A stretch of DNA of 64,000 bases from Spirochaetia bacterium (GTDB lineage: Bacteria > Spirochaetota > Spirochaetia > DSM-2461). The DNA is taken from NCBI GenBank assembly GCA_963666985.2, contig CAXXIA010000002.1, positions 1,664,001-1,728,000 of the forward strand, given 5' to 3'. A program made the position numbers and the translations under genes. The notes below the pieces were generated by a model, which made no database searches, was not told the DNA's origin, and worked only from the letters and a program-made list of their open reading frames with translations. This document shows positions 40,805 to 53,138 of this stretch, one piece after another. Numbering within the stretch: position 1 is the first letter of the stretch; every line of letters begins with the position of its first letter.

Positions 40805-41038
40805 CTAAGGTACCGGATCGTAACCTCCGGGGTTGCCCGGATGGCATCGTGCAATACGTTTAACCGCCATCCAAAAACCTTTAAACGGCCCGTATTTCTT
40901 CAGCGCTTCTACGGCATAAACCGAACAGGAAGGATAAAAGCGGCAGCTTCTCGGAAAAAGCGGCGAAATCACGATTTTATACAGATACACCAGACCGATG
41001 ATCGGCCAGGTGAGCCATGTAAAGAATCGCTTAGACAA
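40805..41038 (-). CDS. yidD: Membrane protein insertion efficiency factor
   Basis: [19 protein letters not shown]...[11 protein letters not shown]. Confidence 0.95.
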   Translation of the reverse strand: MSKRFFTWLTWPIIGLVYLYKIVISPLFPRSCRFYPSCSVYAVEALKKYGPFKGFWMAVKRIARCHPGNPGGYDPVP

Positions 41039-41372
41039 ATTCCACTCTTTGAAGCAGCTTCATAAACTGTTGTTCACGATCATGGTACGAAAAATTTCCG
41101 GGAAACAACACAACGACAATATCGTACCCTGCCGGAATATCCCATTTCCTGCGTCGATAAATTTCTTTCAGCACTCGTCTGGAATAATTCCTCAGAACGG
41201 ATGTTCCGAATTTCCTGACGAATGTGACGGCGAAACGATTCCGTTCAAATCCGTTTCGTTTCGCTACAAGTTTCGCACCGCTGCAAGATGCCTTTACATC
41301 CGGTTGTTCAAAAACACGGGCGAAGTCCGCCTTCTTTTTCAGTCTTTCCGATTTAGAAAGGCTTTCGCTCAT
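41031..41372 (-). CDS. rnpA: Ribonuclease P protein component
   Basis: [26 protein letters not shown]; position after rpmH. Confidence 0.9.
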   Translation of the reverse strand: MSESLSKSERLKKKADFARVFEQPDVKASCSGAKLVAKRNGFERNRFAVTFVRKFGTSVLRNYSRRVLKEIYRRRKWDIPAGYDIVVVLFPGNFSYHDREQQFMKLLQRVEFV

Positions 41373-41508
41373 CCGTTACTGTCAGCTTTTTCCGGCCCTT
41401 GCGGCGACGTCGCGCCAAAACGGCTCGGCCGGATTTTGTTTTCATGCGCTCCCGGAAGCCGAATTTCCGGTTTCTTTTGGTCTTACTGGGCTGATACGTA
41501 CGTTTCAT
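41353..41508 (-). CDS. rpmH: 50S ribosomal protein L34 (51 aa; absent from ORF track)
   Basis: Manual translation [51 protein letters not shown]. Confidence 0.97.
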   Translation of the reverse strand: MKRTYQPSKTKRNRKFGFRERMKTKSGRAVLARRRRKGRKKLTVTDERKPF

Positions 41509-41609
41509 TCATATACTCCATAGGGGGCCCGGCGTTACCGGTTCCCGGTGTTGATTATTTTTAAGGGACAATTTAGGCCAAATCACTATACTGACAAGAG
41601 CTAATCCAG

Positions 41610-42074
41610 TCAAGAGTCGGCTCGGCGGCGCATCTCTTCCAGCAGGCCGAAAAACGCCGAATCGTTCTCCGGCCGATCGGCGCCGGCGATATCGTCTTCG
41701 TTTGCGGAATGAAAATCGGCCGATTCTTTTTGTTTTGTTTCCACTTTCGGCGAATCGTCTTTTTTCCCGTTTGAAATTCTTATTTTAAGAGAACGAATTT
41801 CAAGCTCCGGGTATTTGTTTCTGATACTCTTGAGGATTCCATCCTGACGCATGCGAATTTTTTGCGACCAGCCCGGATGATCGCTTTCCAAAAGAAGTGA
41901 ATGGTTTCGAATATCAACAGGTTCGACATGCAAAGCCGTTTCGGCTCCGACGATATTCTCCCAGCCGTGAAAAACCTCGGAAGATCGGCGGGTTTCTTCC
42001 GGAACTATTTTTTTAAAAAGATCCCGAAGAACATCCCCCGCCATGCTGAAATCATCTTTATTCGGCGGATTCAT
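41610..42074 (-). CDS. DciA/DUF721 family protein
   Basis: WENIVG...H..P..I....L......PGWSQ motif; downstream of recF. Confidence 0.82.
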   Translation of the reverse strand: MNPPNKDDFSMAGDVLRDLFKKIVPEETRRSSEVFHGWENIVGAETALHVEPVDIRNHSLLLESDHPGWSQKIRMRQDGILKSIRNKYPELEIRSLKIRISNGKKDDSPKVETKQKESADFHSANEDDIAGADRPENDSAFFGLLEEMRRRADS

Positions 42075-43143
42075 GCAAACAACCGTTTTCCACTTTATAG
42101 ATCAAACATCCCTCTTTGTCATGACGAATATCCTCTCCGGGAAGAAAGGTATAAAAAATCTGTTCGGCCGGAGGCAGTTTTTGCCGAAACAGCTTTCGCT
42201 TAACAGGATCAAGCTCCAAAAGAACATCATCGAGAAGCAAAATCGGTTTGCGTCCCGTTACGTCGGAAAAAAAACGTGCCTGTGCGACACGCAACACGAG
42301 CGAAAGCAAACGAAGCTGACCGGTTGAAGCGCTTTTCGCAAAATCCCTTTCCTCCGTCTGGAAAAAGAATCTATCTCTATGCGGCCCGCTTCCGGTTGAT
42401 CCCATGGCCAAATCCATTTCCAGCTTAGCCGACAGTTTATCCATAACTTCGCCCGTTGTAGACGCTTCTCCCCAGGAAGGCCTGTATACAAGGATTACAT
42501 CGGATTCCAAACCGGAGACTTCACGATACAGGGGTGAAAATATTCTTCCGAACTCTTTTACCAGAGATTCCCGGCGCTCGGAGAGTGCCAAACCGGCATA
42601 CGCCAGCTGCTCTCCATAATGATCGAGCAAATTCCTCCGCCCGGACTTAAGAAGAAAATTTCTCTCTTTAAGAAGCTTTTTGTAGCGGCGAAGCTGATCC
42701 ACGTAAAGAGGATCATGAAGACTGAGAGTCTGATCCATAAACCATCGCCGCTTTTCGGGCGGTCCGCTTACAAAAAGAAAATCATCATGAACAAAAACAA
42801 TGGCCGGTATCCGCCGGATCAGTTCCTTCCTGTCGACAACGGCTTTTCCGTGAAGACGAATTTCCTTACTCCCGTCCCGCCAAACAACGGAAAGTTCATC
42901 CTGAACTTCTTCTTCCGAGCGGAATGTCCCGTGAACGGCCATTTCTTTTCGGCCCCAGGAAACCATTTCGTTGTCCTGATGGGTCCGAAACGAACTTCCG
43001 TAACTGAGAAAATAAAGGGCTTCGAGAAAATTCGTCTTTCCTTGACCGTTTTCGCCGATTAAAAAAATATTCCGAGCGTCGATATTTGTTTCGCCGTCTT
43101 CCAAATTGCGGAATCCATGGAAACGAATCGTTCGAAAACTCAA
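42058..43143 (-). CDS. recF: DNA replication/repair protein RecF
   Basis: FRNL, GENGQGKTNFLEAL, GPHRD, STGQ, LLLDDVLLELD. Confidence 0.95.
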   Translation of the reverse strand: MSFRTIRFHGFRNLEDGETNIDARNIFLIGENGQGKTNFLEALYFLSYGSSFRTHQDNEMVSWGRKEMAVHGTFRSEEEVQDELSVVWRDGSKEIRLHGKAVVDRKELIRRIPAIVFVHDDFLFVSGPPEKRRWFMDQTLSLHDPLYVDQLRRYKKLLKERNFLLKSGRRNLLDHYGEQLAYAGLALSERRESLVKEFGRIFSPLYREVSGLESDVILVYRPSWGEASTTGEVMDKLSAKLEMDLAMGSTGSGPHRDRFFFQTEERDFAKSASTGQLRLLSLVLRVAQARFFSDVTGRKPILLLDDVLLELDPVKRKLFRQKLPPAEQIFYTFLPGEDIRHDKEGCLIYKVENGCLHESAE

Positions 43144-43147
43144 GTTT

Positions 43148-44260
43148 TTATTCCATCTGCATCGGCATGATGATGTGGAAATATCTCGATTCGGGAACCG
43201 AAACCAAAGTAATCGCCTTGCTTGTTTCGGTAAACTTCAAGCTTACCTCATCATCGTTCATAACCTTGAGAGGATCGGAAAGATACACATGGTTCAAGGC
43301 GAAATTGGAATCCGGTCCCTCATATCTGCAGTCGATGCTTTCTTCCGCGACACCAATCTCACTTTCTTCCGAGCGAAGAGTCAGTTTGGCTCCGGAGGCC
43401 AAAAGATAGATCCGCTTGGATTTCTGTTCGGCCAGCAAAGAAACGCGGCGCAGGGCAGCGATAAACTCAACGCGATTTACCTGCAGGTCATAATCCTGAT
43501 TTTCGGGAATCACTCGGGAATAATTCGGAAATTGGCCGTCGATCAGCGTACTGGTTACTTTTTGATTGTCGAAACGTACAAAGAGAATCTTATCGACGAC
43601 GGCGATCTGAAGATCACCTTCGCCGGAAGCCAGCTTGCGAACCAGATTAAGAACTTTCGGCGGGATGATAATACCGCTGAATTCCGGAACAAGACCTTCG
43701 GGGGCGATTGATATATAACTCAGCCTCCGTCCGTCGGTCGCAACCATGATAAGACGATCCTCTCCTTTTTCCATGAAAACGCCGTTCATGAAGTAGCGGG
43801 TTTCATCATCACTGATTGCAAAAATGGTTTGACCGATCATGTTTATAAAGTCTTTTTGAGGCAGAGCAAAAAACGTGTTCTCCGCGGTTTCCGGTATTTC
43901 CGGAAATTTATCGGCCGAAATACTGTGCAGCTGGAAATTGATATTCTTGCCGTCCGTAATGGTTAAGCGGTCGCTTTCGTCATTCTCTTCCTGAATGAAC
44001 CGAACTTCACCATCCGGCAGTGTTCGAAGAATGCTTAAAAGCTTATCGCAAAAAACCGTTGTATTTCCCGGAGCTTCCACGACAACGGGGATTCTCGTTT
44101 CAAAGCTGACCTTGAGATCCGTCGCTTTGATCGTCAAGGCATCCTCTTCCGCTTCCAAAAGGACGTTGGAGAGAATTGACAAGGCATTCCGGGACGCGAT
44201 GATCTCCTGAGCAACGGAGATTTCCTTAAGAATAACGTTCTTGTCGCAATTAAACCGCAT
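43148..44260 (-). CDS. dnaN: DNA polymerase III beta clamp
   Basis: ATDL, RYFMNG, VATDGRRL, LIDGQFPNY, IMPM; GGAGGAG RBS before ATG 44260. Confidence 0.96.
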   Translation of the reverse strand: MRFNCDKNVILKEISVAQEIIASRNALSILSNVLLEAEEDALTIKATDLKVSFETRIPVVVEAPGNTTVFCDKLLSILRTLPDGEVRFIQEENDESDRLTITDGKNINFQLHSISADKFPEIPETAENTFFALPQKDFINMIGQTIFAISDDETRYFMNGVFMEKGEDRLIMVATDGRRLSYISIAPEGLVPEFSGIIIPPKVLNLVRKLASGEGDLQIAVVDKILFVRFDNQKVTSTLIDGQFPNYSRVIPENQDYDLQVNRVEFIAALRRVSLLAEQKSKRIYLLASGAKLTLRSEESEIGVAEESIDCRYEGPDSNFALNHVYLSDPLKVMNDDEVSLKFTETSKAITLVSVPESRYFHIIMPMQME

Positions 44261-44606
44261 GGTTCTCCTCCCGATGACGATACTCGATAATAAGGGGAAT
44301 TCCCGTCTCGGCACAAGTCTTTATGAGCAAGAGGGAAATATCATCGATCATATAAATCCTAAAGAGACATTTATTCACAGGGTCTACGAATTCCTATTTA
44401 TAAAAATTTAATAGTAGTTGTAGTAGTAGGCAACCGGATACTGGGGATATTTCATTTAATTGTTTTTAAGAGAAAAAGATAGATTGAGAACATATTTGGG
44501 TATAAATTGTTGTTTAATTGCCTCTATAAGTCAATTTATCCACAGGGCGTCACATTATCTACAAAGAATTCACAGTTTGTAGACGGATATCCGGAACTTA
44601 TCCACT
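44261..44606. other. oriC (dnaA-dnaN intergenic)
   Basis: DnaA boxes TTATTCACA 44371, TTATCCACA 44536, TTATCTACA 44555, TTATCCACT 44598; trio array TAGTAGTTGTAGTAGTAG 44412-44429 next to an AT-rich tract. Confidence 0.88.
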
Positions 44607-45986
44607 TTCTTTGATGTTCCTGATTAACTCTCCGATTGTCGGTTCGAGAGTCGGATCTCCTTTCATGCGGTCTTCGATTCTTTGGCATGAATGCATAACG
44701 GTTGTGTGATCCCTTCCTCCGAATTCCAAACCGATTTCGGTTGTTGAGTAGTCGGTGATGTCCCGGATGATGTACATCGCGACCTGACGGGGAAAGGTGA
44801 CTTGTTTCGTCCGCTTTTTTCCTTTCAGGTCGGAAGGGGTAACGTTGAAGTATTCGGAAACCTCTCTTTGGATCCGAGAGATTGTTATATTCGCGGTTGA
44901 TGCGGCGGAGAATTTTCCTTTGAGGTGCTGCTGGGCGATTTCTACGGTAACCGGTTTTCCGACGAGGTCGGCATAGGCGATCATTTTCGTCAGTGATGCT
45001 TCAAGGTCTCTGACATTATTGGTGACGTTGCGGGCGATCAGTTCAAGAACGTCGTCGGGGATGGACGTTGAAGAGGATTCGAGTTTCTTTCTAAGAATGG
45101 CATAGCGTGTTTCATAATTCGGAGGCTGGAGGTCTACGTTCAGACCGCGTTCGAATCGGCTTTTCAGTCTGTCGGCAAAGTTTTTGAGCTCGGATGGAGG
45201 ACGGTCGCAGGTAAAGACAAGCTGCTTTTTCGTATCGTAGAGAGCGTTGAATGTGTGAAAGAGTTCTTCCTGAGTTTCTTTTTTGTTTTGAAGATCGTGG
45301 ATATCGTCTATAAGAAGAACGTCAACCTTCCGGTATTTGTTTTTAAATTGGCTCTGAGTTTCGCTTCGTATCGATTGAATGAACTCGTTAACGAACGTTT
45401 CCGCCGTGATATAAACGACTCTTTTTTCAGGAATGGTGTAGTGAATCATATTTCCGATGGCCTGCATCAGATGAGTTTTTCCCAGACCGACTCCGCCGTA
45501 TATCAGAAAAGGGTTGTAAGCTTCACCGGGATTGGAGGCAATGGCTTGGGCCGCGCTTGCCGCGAACGAATTGTTGTTTCCGATAACGAAGCCGTCGAAA
45601 TCGTAGTCCAGTCTCAATTGGTTGTGAGGTTCACGATCTTTGGCGGGCGGTTCGGGCTTTACATTTTCCTTGTCGTTCGCTGCTTCGTCGGGAATTTCAG
45701 CGGGGTTTGTTCTGGAGGATTCCGGATTCTTTTTGATTTCAAATTGAATTTCCATGAAGGAACCGGACAGCTCATGGAGTTTGGATTTCAGAAGGTCAAG
45801 ATACCTCTGTTTCACCTGATCCCTGTAGAAATTGGACGGGACATCGAGGATTAAAGAATTGTTTTCGTAATGCGAAAAAGACATATTGCGGAACCACATA
45901 TCATGCTCTTGTTCGGAGAGATTTCCCTCTTCCATCAACTGGCGAACAGTTTCGGCCCAAAACAGAGTGTAATCATTTCCGCTCAT
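44598..45986 (-). CDS. dnaA: Chromosomal replication initiator
   Basis: YNPFLIYGGVGLGKTHL, LLIDDI, RLKSRF, NVRDLE, GGRDHTTVMH. Confidence 0.98.
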   Translation of the reverse strand: MSGNDYTLFWAETVRQLMEEGNLSEQEHDMWFRNMSFSHYENNSLILDVPSNFYRDQVKQRYLDLLKSKLHELSGSFMEIQFEIKKNPESSRTNPAEIPDEAANDKENVKPEPPAKDREPHNQLRLDYDFDGFVIGNNNSFAASAAQAIASNPGEAYNPFLIYGGVGLGKTHLMQAIGNMIHYTIPEKRVVYITAETFVNEFIQSIRSETQSQFKNKYRKVDVLLIDDIHDLQNKKETQEELFHTFNALYDTKKQLVFTCDRPPSELKNFADRLKSRFERGLNVDLQPPNYETRYAILRKKLESSSTSIPDDVLELIARNVTNNVRDLEASLTKMIAYADLVGKPVTVEIAQQHLKGKFSAASTANITISRIQREVSEYFNVTPSDLKGKKRTKQVTFPRQVAMYIIRDITDYSTTEIGLEFGGRDHTTVMHSCQRIEDRMKGDPTLEPTIGELIRNIKESG

Positions 45987-46087
45987 TAATGTCCTCAGTA
46001 TAAATACTTACAATATAAAAATATAATTCATTCATCACTTTCAGAAAGAACGTTTGAAGCCGAAAGCAATCGGAATTAAGATCATAA

Positions 46088-48109
<2,022 letters not shown>

Positions 48110-48119
48110 GGAGCACATC

Positions 48120-50648
48120 TTGAGTGACAGCGTACAAGGTCAAGTAATACCTATAGCCATAGAGGACGAAGTCAGAGAGTCCTATTTGAATTATGCCATG
48201 TCGGTTATCGTCAGCCGGGCATTGCCGGATGTGCGGGACGGTTTGAAACCGGTCCATCGGCGCATTTTGTATTCCATGAGCGAAATGGGGCTGCGTCACG
48301 ATAGACCGTATAAGAAATGCGGACGTATCGTCGGAGATGTTCTCGGTAAGTTTCATCCTCACGGAGATCAGTCGATTTACGACGCTCTTGTACGTTTGGC
48401 GCAGGAATTTTCACTGAAGGTTCCACTCGTCCAGGGGCAGGGGAATTTCGGTTCCGTTGACGGAGATCCGCCGGCGGCCATGCGGTATACGGAAGCCAGG
48501 CTGGCGGAGATATCCGAAGCCATGCTTCGGGATATTAAGAAGGAAACCGTCGATTTCGGTCCGAACTACGACGATTCGATGACCGAACCCCTGGTTTTGC
48601 CCGCGGCCATTCCCAACCTTCTGGTAAACGGAGCCTCCGGAATTGCCGTTGGAATGGCGACGAACATGCCGCCGCATAACTTGGGAGAAGTAACACGCGC
48701 CCTTGTGGCCCTTATCGATGATACTGAAATTTCAATAGATGGTCTGCTTGAGTATGTTTCGGGCCCCGATTTTCCAACGGCCGGAGTTATTTACGGAAGA
48801 ACGGGGTACAGACTCGCCGCGCATACGGGACGGGGAAAGGTTGTTATCAGGGCCCGTTATCATCTGGAAGAAATCAGCGCTGAAAAAGAAGCGATCATTG
48901 TGACCGAATTGCCTTATCAGGTGAATAAGGCCGCTTTAATCGTAAGAATCGCGGATTTGGTCAGAGAAAAGAGAATCGACGGCATTTCCGACTTGAGGGA
49001 TGAATCGGATAGGGAAGGAATGCGCATGGTGATTGAACTCAAGCGCGGTGCCAGTCCGAAGGTTGTCCTCAATCATCTTTTTACTCATACGTCGCTTCAA
49101 GTTAATTTCAGCGTGAATAATCTGGCCTTGGTAAACGGCCGGCCCAAGCTGCTGAATCTGAAAGAACTGTTAAGCGAATTTGTCAAACACCGTCAGGAAG
49201 TGATTCGGCGCCGGAGTGAGTTCGATCTGGCCAAGGCTAAAGAGCGAGAACACATCCTTATCGGACTGAAGATCGCGCTTGAGAATATTGATGAAATTGT
49301 AGAAATCATTAAGAGATCCGAGACGGTCGCGCTGGCCAGAGCAAACCTCATGGCCCGATTTGATTTTACCGAACGCCAAGCTCAAGCAATCCTCGACTTA
49401 AGACTCCAGAAGCTGACCAGTCTGGAAACACAGAAGATTCTCGACGAACTTGCGGAAATCCGGGCCACGATCGCATATCTTGAGGATCTTTTGGCAAAAG
49501 AATACAAAATACTTGGTGTTGTTAAAGATGAATCTTTGGAGCTTACGGAAAAATATGGCAAGCCCAGGTCTTCGGAGATTAACCCGGAAGAAGTCATTCA
49601 GGTTAATATTGAGGATCTTATCGCCGAAGAGGATATGGTTGTCGTTATTTCCAATCGCGGTTTTATAAAACGAATCGCGGCGTCGGAATACAAAGAACAG
49701 GGCAGAGGCGGAAAGGGCGCCAGAACCAGCGACCTCAAAGAAGATGATTTTATCCAGCATGTTTTCCTGGCATCGACACACAGCTACATTCTCTTTGTTA
49801 CGTCCGAAGGCAAGGCTTATTGGATAAAAGTTTTCGAGATTCCGGAAGGATCGCGAAGCAGCAAAGGAAAGCATCTTAGAACAATTTTTGAATTCGCTCC
49901 GGATGAAGATATTACGGCGATGGTTCCTTTAACGGATTTTGATGAAGTCACCTCGCTCTTCATGGCAACTCAAAAAGGCGTTGTTAAACGTGTTGCCACC
50001 TATGATTTCAGAAACGCAAGAACACGGGGAATCATTGCCATAAATCTTGATGAAGGAGATCGTTTGGTTTCAGCAACTCTCATTAACGGCAATGAAGAAG
50101 TCTTTTTGGCGACAAAGAAGGGGAAGGGACTTCGCTTTCACGAAGAGGCCGTAAGAAAAATGGGACGGGATTCTCGAGGTGTTCGAGGAATCAAGCTGGC
50201 CGAGGGTGATGAGCTGATTGGTGTTTGTCCGATCCGAGAGGATGAGACAATGCTTCTTGTTTCGGAAAAGGGATATGGGAAAAGGACGAATTATGATGAG
50301 TTCTCTTCCCATGGACGAGGAACCGGGGGACAAAAGTCTTATTCTCCCAAAACGAGAACGGGAAGCGTGGTTGCGGCACTTTCCGTAAATAAAGACGACA
50401 GTTGTATTGGAATAACGGCACAAGGCAAAGCTTTACGATTTGCCGTTGATCAAGTTTCACTCATGGGCCGTGCGGCATTTGGTGTAAGAATTCTGAATAT
50501 AACCGGAGATGATTCTTTAATCGGAATCGCAAGACAGCCATATGAGGAAGATCAGGAAGAAACATCCGAATCCGAAGAAGAACAAGAAGTCATGAGTGAC
50601 GACACCCAATCACAAGATGATGTCGGGGAAGAGGAAGAAAATTCCTAA
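48120..50648 (+). CDS. gyrA: DNA gyrase subunit A
   Basis: [28 protein letters not shown], GyrA-box QGRGGKG, acidic tail. Confidence 0.97.
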   Translation: MSDSVQGQVIPIAIEDEVRESYLNYAMSVIVSRALPDVRDGLKPVHRRILYSMSEMGLRHDRPYKKCGRIVGDVLGKFHPHGDQSIYDALVRLAQEFSLKVPLVQGQGNFGSVDGDPPAAMRYTEARLAEISEAMLRDIKKETVDFGPNYDDSMTEPLVLPAAIPNLLVNGASGIAVGMATNMPPHNLGEVTRALVALIDDTEISIDGLLEYVSGPDFPTAGVIYGRTGYRLAAHTGRGKVVIRARYHLEEISAEKEAIIVTELPYQVNKAALIVRIADLVREKRIDGISDLRDESDREGMRMVIELKRGASPKVVLNHLFTHTSLQVNFSVNNLALVNGRPKLLNLKELLSEFVKHRQEVIRRRSEFDLAKAKEREHILIGLKIALENIDEIVEIIKRSETVALARANLMARFDFTERQAQAILDLRLQKLTSLETQKILDELAEIRATIAYLEDLLAKEYKILGVVKDESLELTEKYGKPRSSEINPEEVIQVNIEDLIAEEDMVVVISNRGFIKRIAASEYKEQGRGGKGARTSDLKEDDFIQHVFLASTHSYILFVTSEGKAYWIKVFEIPEGSRSSKGKHLRTIFEFAPDEDITAMVPLTDFDEVTSLFMATQKGVVKRVATYDFRNARTRGIIAINLDEGDRLVSATLINGNEEVFLATKKGKGLRFHEEAVRKMGRDSRGVRGIKLAEGDELIGVCPIREDETMLLVSEKGYGKRTNYDEFSSHGRGTGGQKSYSPKTRTGSVVAALSVNKDDSCIGITAQGKALRFAVDQVSLMGRAAFGVRILNITGDDSLIGIARQPYEEDQEETSESEEEQEVMSDDTQSQDDVGEEEENS

Positions 50649-50675
50649 CAGCGTTTAGCTTTTGGATCGACCCGG

Positions 50676-50691
50676 TGTTTCACGTGAAACA
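50676..50691. promoter_or_regulatory. parS site 1 (inside gyrA terminator hairpin 50670-50703)
   Basis: Perfect TGTTTCACGTGAAACA palindrome. Confidence 0.92.
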
Positions 50692-51368
50692 TCGGGTTTT
50701 TTTATTCGGGTGAAGATGGAACACTACGGCTTTAGCCGTGGATGAATGGCGGCGTCCTCAGGATCTGTAATCCAAGATTGTTTGCGATTTTGGGACGAAG
50801 CCATAGAAGCCTGCGATAACACGGATAATCCCGGCCGATTCACCCGGCATAAAGAGAGGCGGAGTCCGATTCGACTTTAATCGATATGGTTCTGGTGAGA
50901 ACCGCCGACATTTCCGGTTTTTGAAGTGGATGTAATGATCGGCAGCGGCTAAATCTTCGAAGAATTGTATATCGATTAAGAATGTCGGGATTAAGGAAAG
51001 AAAATTTAAGGGTGAGGCTCATTCAAAAACGCCGCTTGCAAAATCATACTGCGATTCATCTGTATGTTATGGAGTCGCCCCGAGGGTTGTGTCGCTGCAG
51101 AGTGAGGAACAATTCTGCTGAACCAGGGCTGTACCGGAACAAAGCGAAGAACAATCCCGGCAACTCTGCGGTCGGCGGTGCGTGTTCGATAGGCTTTCCG
51201 GTACGGCGGATGTTCATGCAGAGCAAATCAAAAACAGCTGAATTGTTTATCACTGCAGCGAATCTCTTTTGAAGAGTTTCGAGTAATCGGAAAACGTTCG
51301 GCGTGTAATGAAAAGCGGAGGATTAAGCCGCGTGATGATGAAAAGAAGCAAGAAGAAAAAAGGGAGCA

Positions 51369-51384
51369 TGTTTCACGTGAAACA
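51369..51384. promoter_or_regulatory. parS site 2
   Basis: Perfect TGTTTCACGTGAAACA palindrome. Confidence 0.92.
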
Positions 51385-51399
51385 AAAAACATGGATCCT

Positions 51400-51599
51400 T
51401 GTGGATAATCTGTGGACAAAAAGTCATTTTAAGCCGTTTTTCCCGTCTGTTTTCGACGGAAAACACCAGATTACACTTATTTATAGCTAATTTGTTTGTA
51501 TATAAGGGTTTAGGTTGCTGGTTAGGGTTTATAAGCTGTTTATAAGTTGTTATCTGATAGGCAGATAAATATTTTTGAATGTGGATAAGATGTTTATAA
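51400..51599. promoter_or_regulatory. Satellite DnaA-box cluster B
   Basis: TGTGGATAA 51400 + TGTGGACAA 51411; TGTGGATAA 51580 + TGTTTATAA 51591; weaker copies at 51497, 51526, 51537. Confidence 0.75.
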
Positions 51600-51629
51600 C
51601 TAATCTAAATTTCCGTTTAGTGTTTTTTT

Positions 51630-52715
51630 TCAGGAATTTTTAATTCCTTCGGCGAAGACCTCAACGGCTTTTAAATAAGAGTCGCTAAGAGCCTTTTTTT
51701 CTTTCTCGGAAAGAAAACATCCCTGAACGGATTTCAGATTGGACCGAATCAAATCATCAAGAGTCCAGCCGAAATTCAATACCGTTTTTTCATAATCATC
51801 AACGAGAAGAGAGTCTTGAATGGTCGGATCGTCGGAGGCGATTGTAACCGGAACACCGTTCTCGGTAAGTTGTTTCATCGGATGGGTGGCTTCGTCTTTC
51901 CAAGCTCCCGTTTGATGATTGCTGGTAATGCACTGGGCGAGAAAAATGTTTCGTTCCCGCAGGACTGTTTGAATTTTTTCATCATGTATTGCGGCGACAC
52001 CATGGCCGATACGATCCGCATGCAGCCGATCGATGGCAATCCACATGTTTTTCGAGTCGGTAACTTCTCCGGCGTGAATATCGATTCCGAAGCGTCCTTC
52101 TTTTTTTATATCATCAAAGAATCCGGTGAACTGATCCGGAGGAAAATTCAGTTCGTCTCCGGCCAGATCAATACCCACAACCCGGGAAAGATCGGCTTCC
52201 GAGAGCATCCGCAGTGTGGATATCATCTCTTTTGAGGTTTGAATATGGCGATTGAACGTCAGAAGGTAACGAATTTGAAGGTTGATTTCATCTGCGGCGG
52301 CATCACAAGAGGAAATAACGGCTTTAATAACGTCCTTCGGGTCAAAATTTGTCAGTTCCGTGAAATGAAGAGGATTGAAGCGCAATTCGATGTAATGCAG
52401 GTGCTCCTCTTTCATTGCTTTGACCGAGTCATAGGATATGTTGGAAACGTCGCCCAGGTCCTTGTACCAGAATTTCTTGAATTTACTGAGGAAAAGAAGA
52501 AAATCAGGACCGTGATTTTTGGGGAATTGGAACGCTTTCTTGAAGTCGTCGAGATTTGCGGGAACATCCAGATCGTTCTTCATTGCCATACGGAACAGAG
52601 ATTCGATGGGATAGGTTCCTTCGAGATGTCTGTGGACTTCTATCTTGGGCAATGCCGTCAGGACGGAACGATCAGGTCGAACCGCAATAGATTTTATGTT
52701 CTCTGCGAGTCCCAT
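51630..52715 (-). CDS. Adenosine deaminase family protein
   Basis: LPKIEVHRHLEG, GIDLAGDE, IHAGE, RIGHG, SDDP. Confidence 0.92.
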   Translation of the reverse strand: MGLAENIKSIAVRPDRSVLTALPKIEVHRHLEGTYPIESLFRMAMKNDLDVPANLDDFKKAFQFPKNHGPDFLLFLSKFKKFWYKDLGDVSNISYDSVKAMKEEHLHYIELRFNPLHFTELTNFDPKDVIKAVISSCDAAADEINLQIRYLLTFNRHIQTSKEMISTLRMLSEADLSRVVGIDLAGDELNFPPDQFTGFFDDIKKEGRFGIDIHAGEVTDSKNMWIAIDRLHADRIGHGVAAIHDEKIQTVLRERNIFLAQCITSNHQTGAWKDEATHPMKQLTENGVPVTIASDDPTIQDSLLVDDYEKTVLNFGWTLDDLIRSNLKSVQGCFLSEKEKKALSDSYLKAVEVFAEGIKNS

Positions 52716-52852
52716 GTACAACCTCTGGTTTACCGCGACGAATATTCTTGACCCGCCGTTTTAATAATTAGTAAACCTTTTTCTGCGGAATTCAACGGTT
52801 TTATTACTTTATCGGCCGATTAGGCGAAAACCGTTACCGTTGCTTAATGAGG

Positions 52853-53074
52853 TTATTCCTGTTCAACGGATGTAACACCGGGAACCTTTTTGGTGAGATA
52901 AGCCTCAACGCCCTGCTTCAGCGTCATCAACGCCATAGGACAACCGTTACAGGCACCTTTAAGACGGACAAGGACTTTACCGGCGTCATCGACCGATACG
53001 AATTCAATATCGCCTCCGTCGGCTTGAAGCGAGGGGCGAATATCACTGATTGCGGATTTGATTTGTTCTTCCAT
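52853..53074 (-). CDS. NifU-C/Nfu family Fe-S protein
   Basis: IRPSLQADGGDIE, LKGACNGCP, TLKQGVE. Confidence 0.92.
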   Translation of the reverse strand: MEEQIKSAISDIRPSLQADGGDIEFVSVDDAGKVLVRLKGACNGCPMALMTLKQGVEAYLTKKVPGVTSVEQE

Positions 53075-53138
53075 GATGATGAGGTTAGAGTTCGAAAACG
53101 GGTTGGTCAAGCGCCGAGGCGATGATATGATCCCAGCT

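Noticed and set aside
50840..51300. tmRNA, RNase P RNA or 6S RNA in the gyrA-downstream gap
   Set aside because: No GAGGAAAGTCC or tRNA-like ends recognisable; a covariance search is needed to exclude 6S
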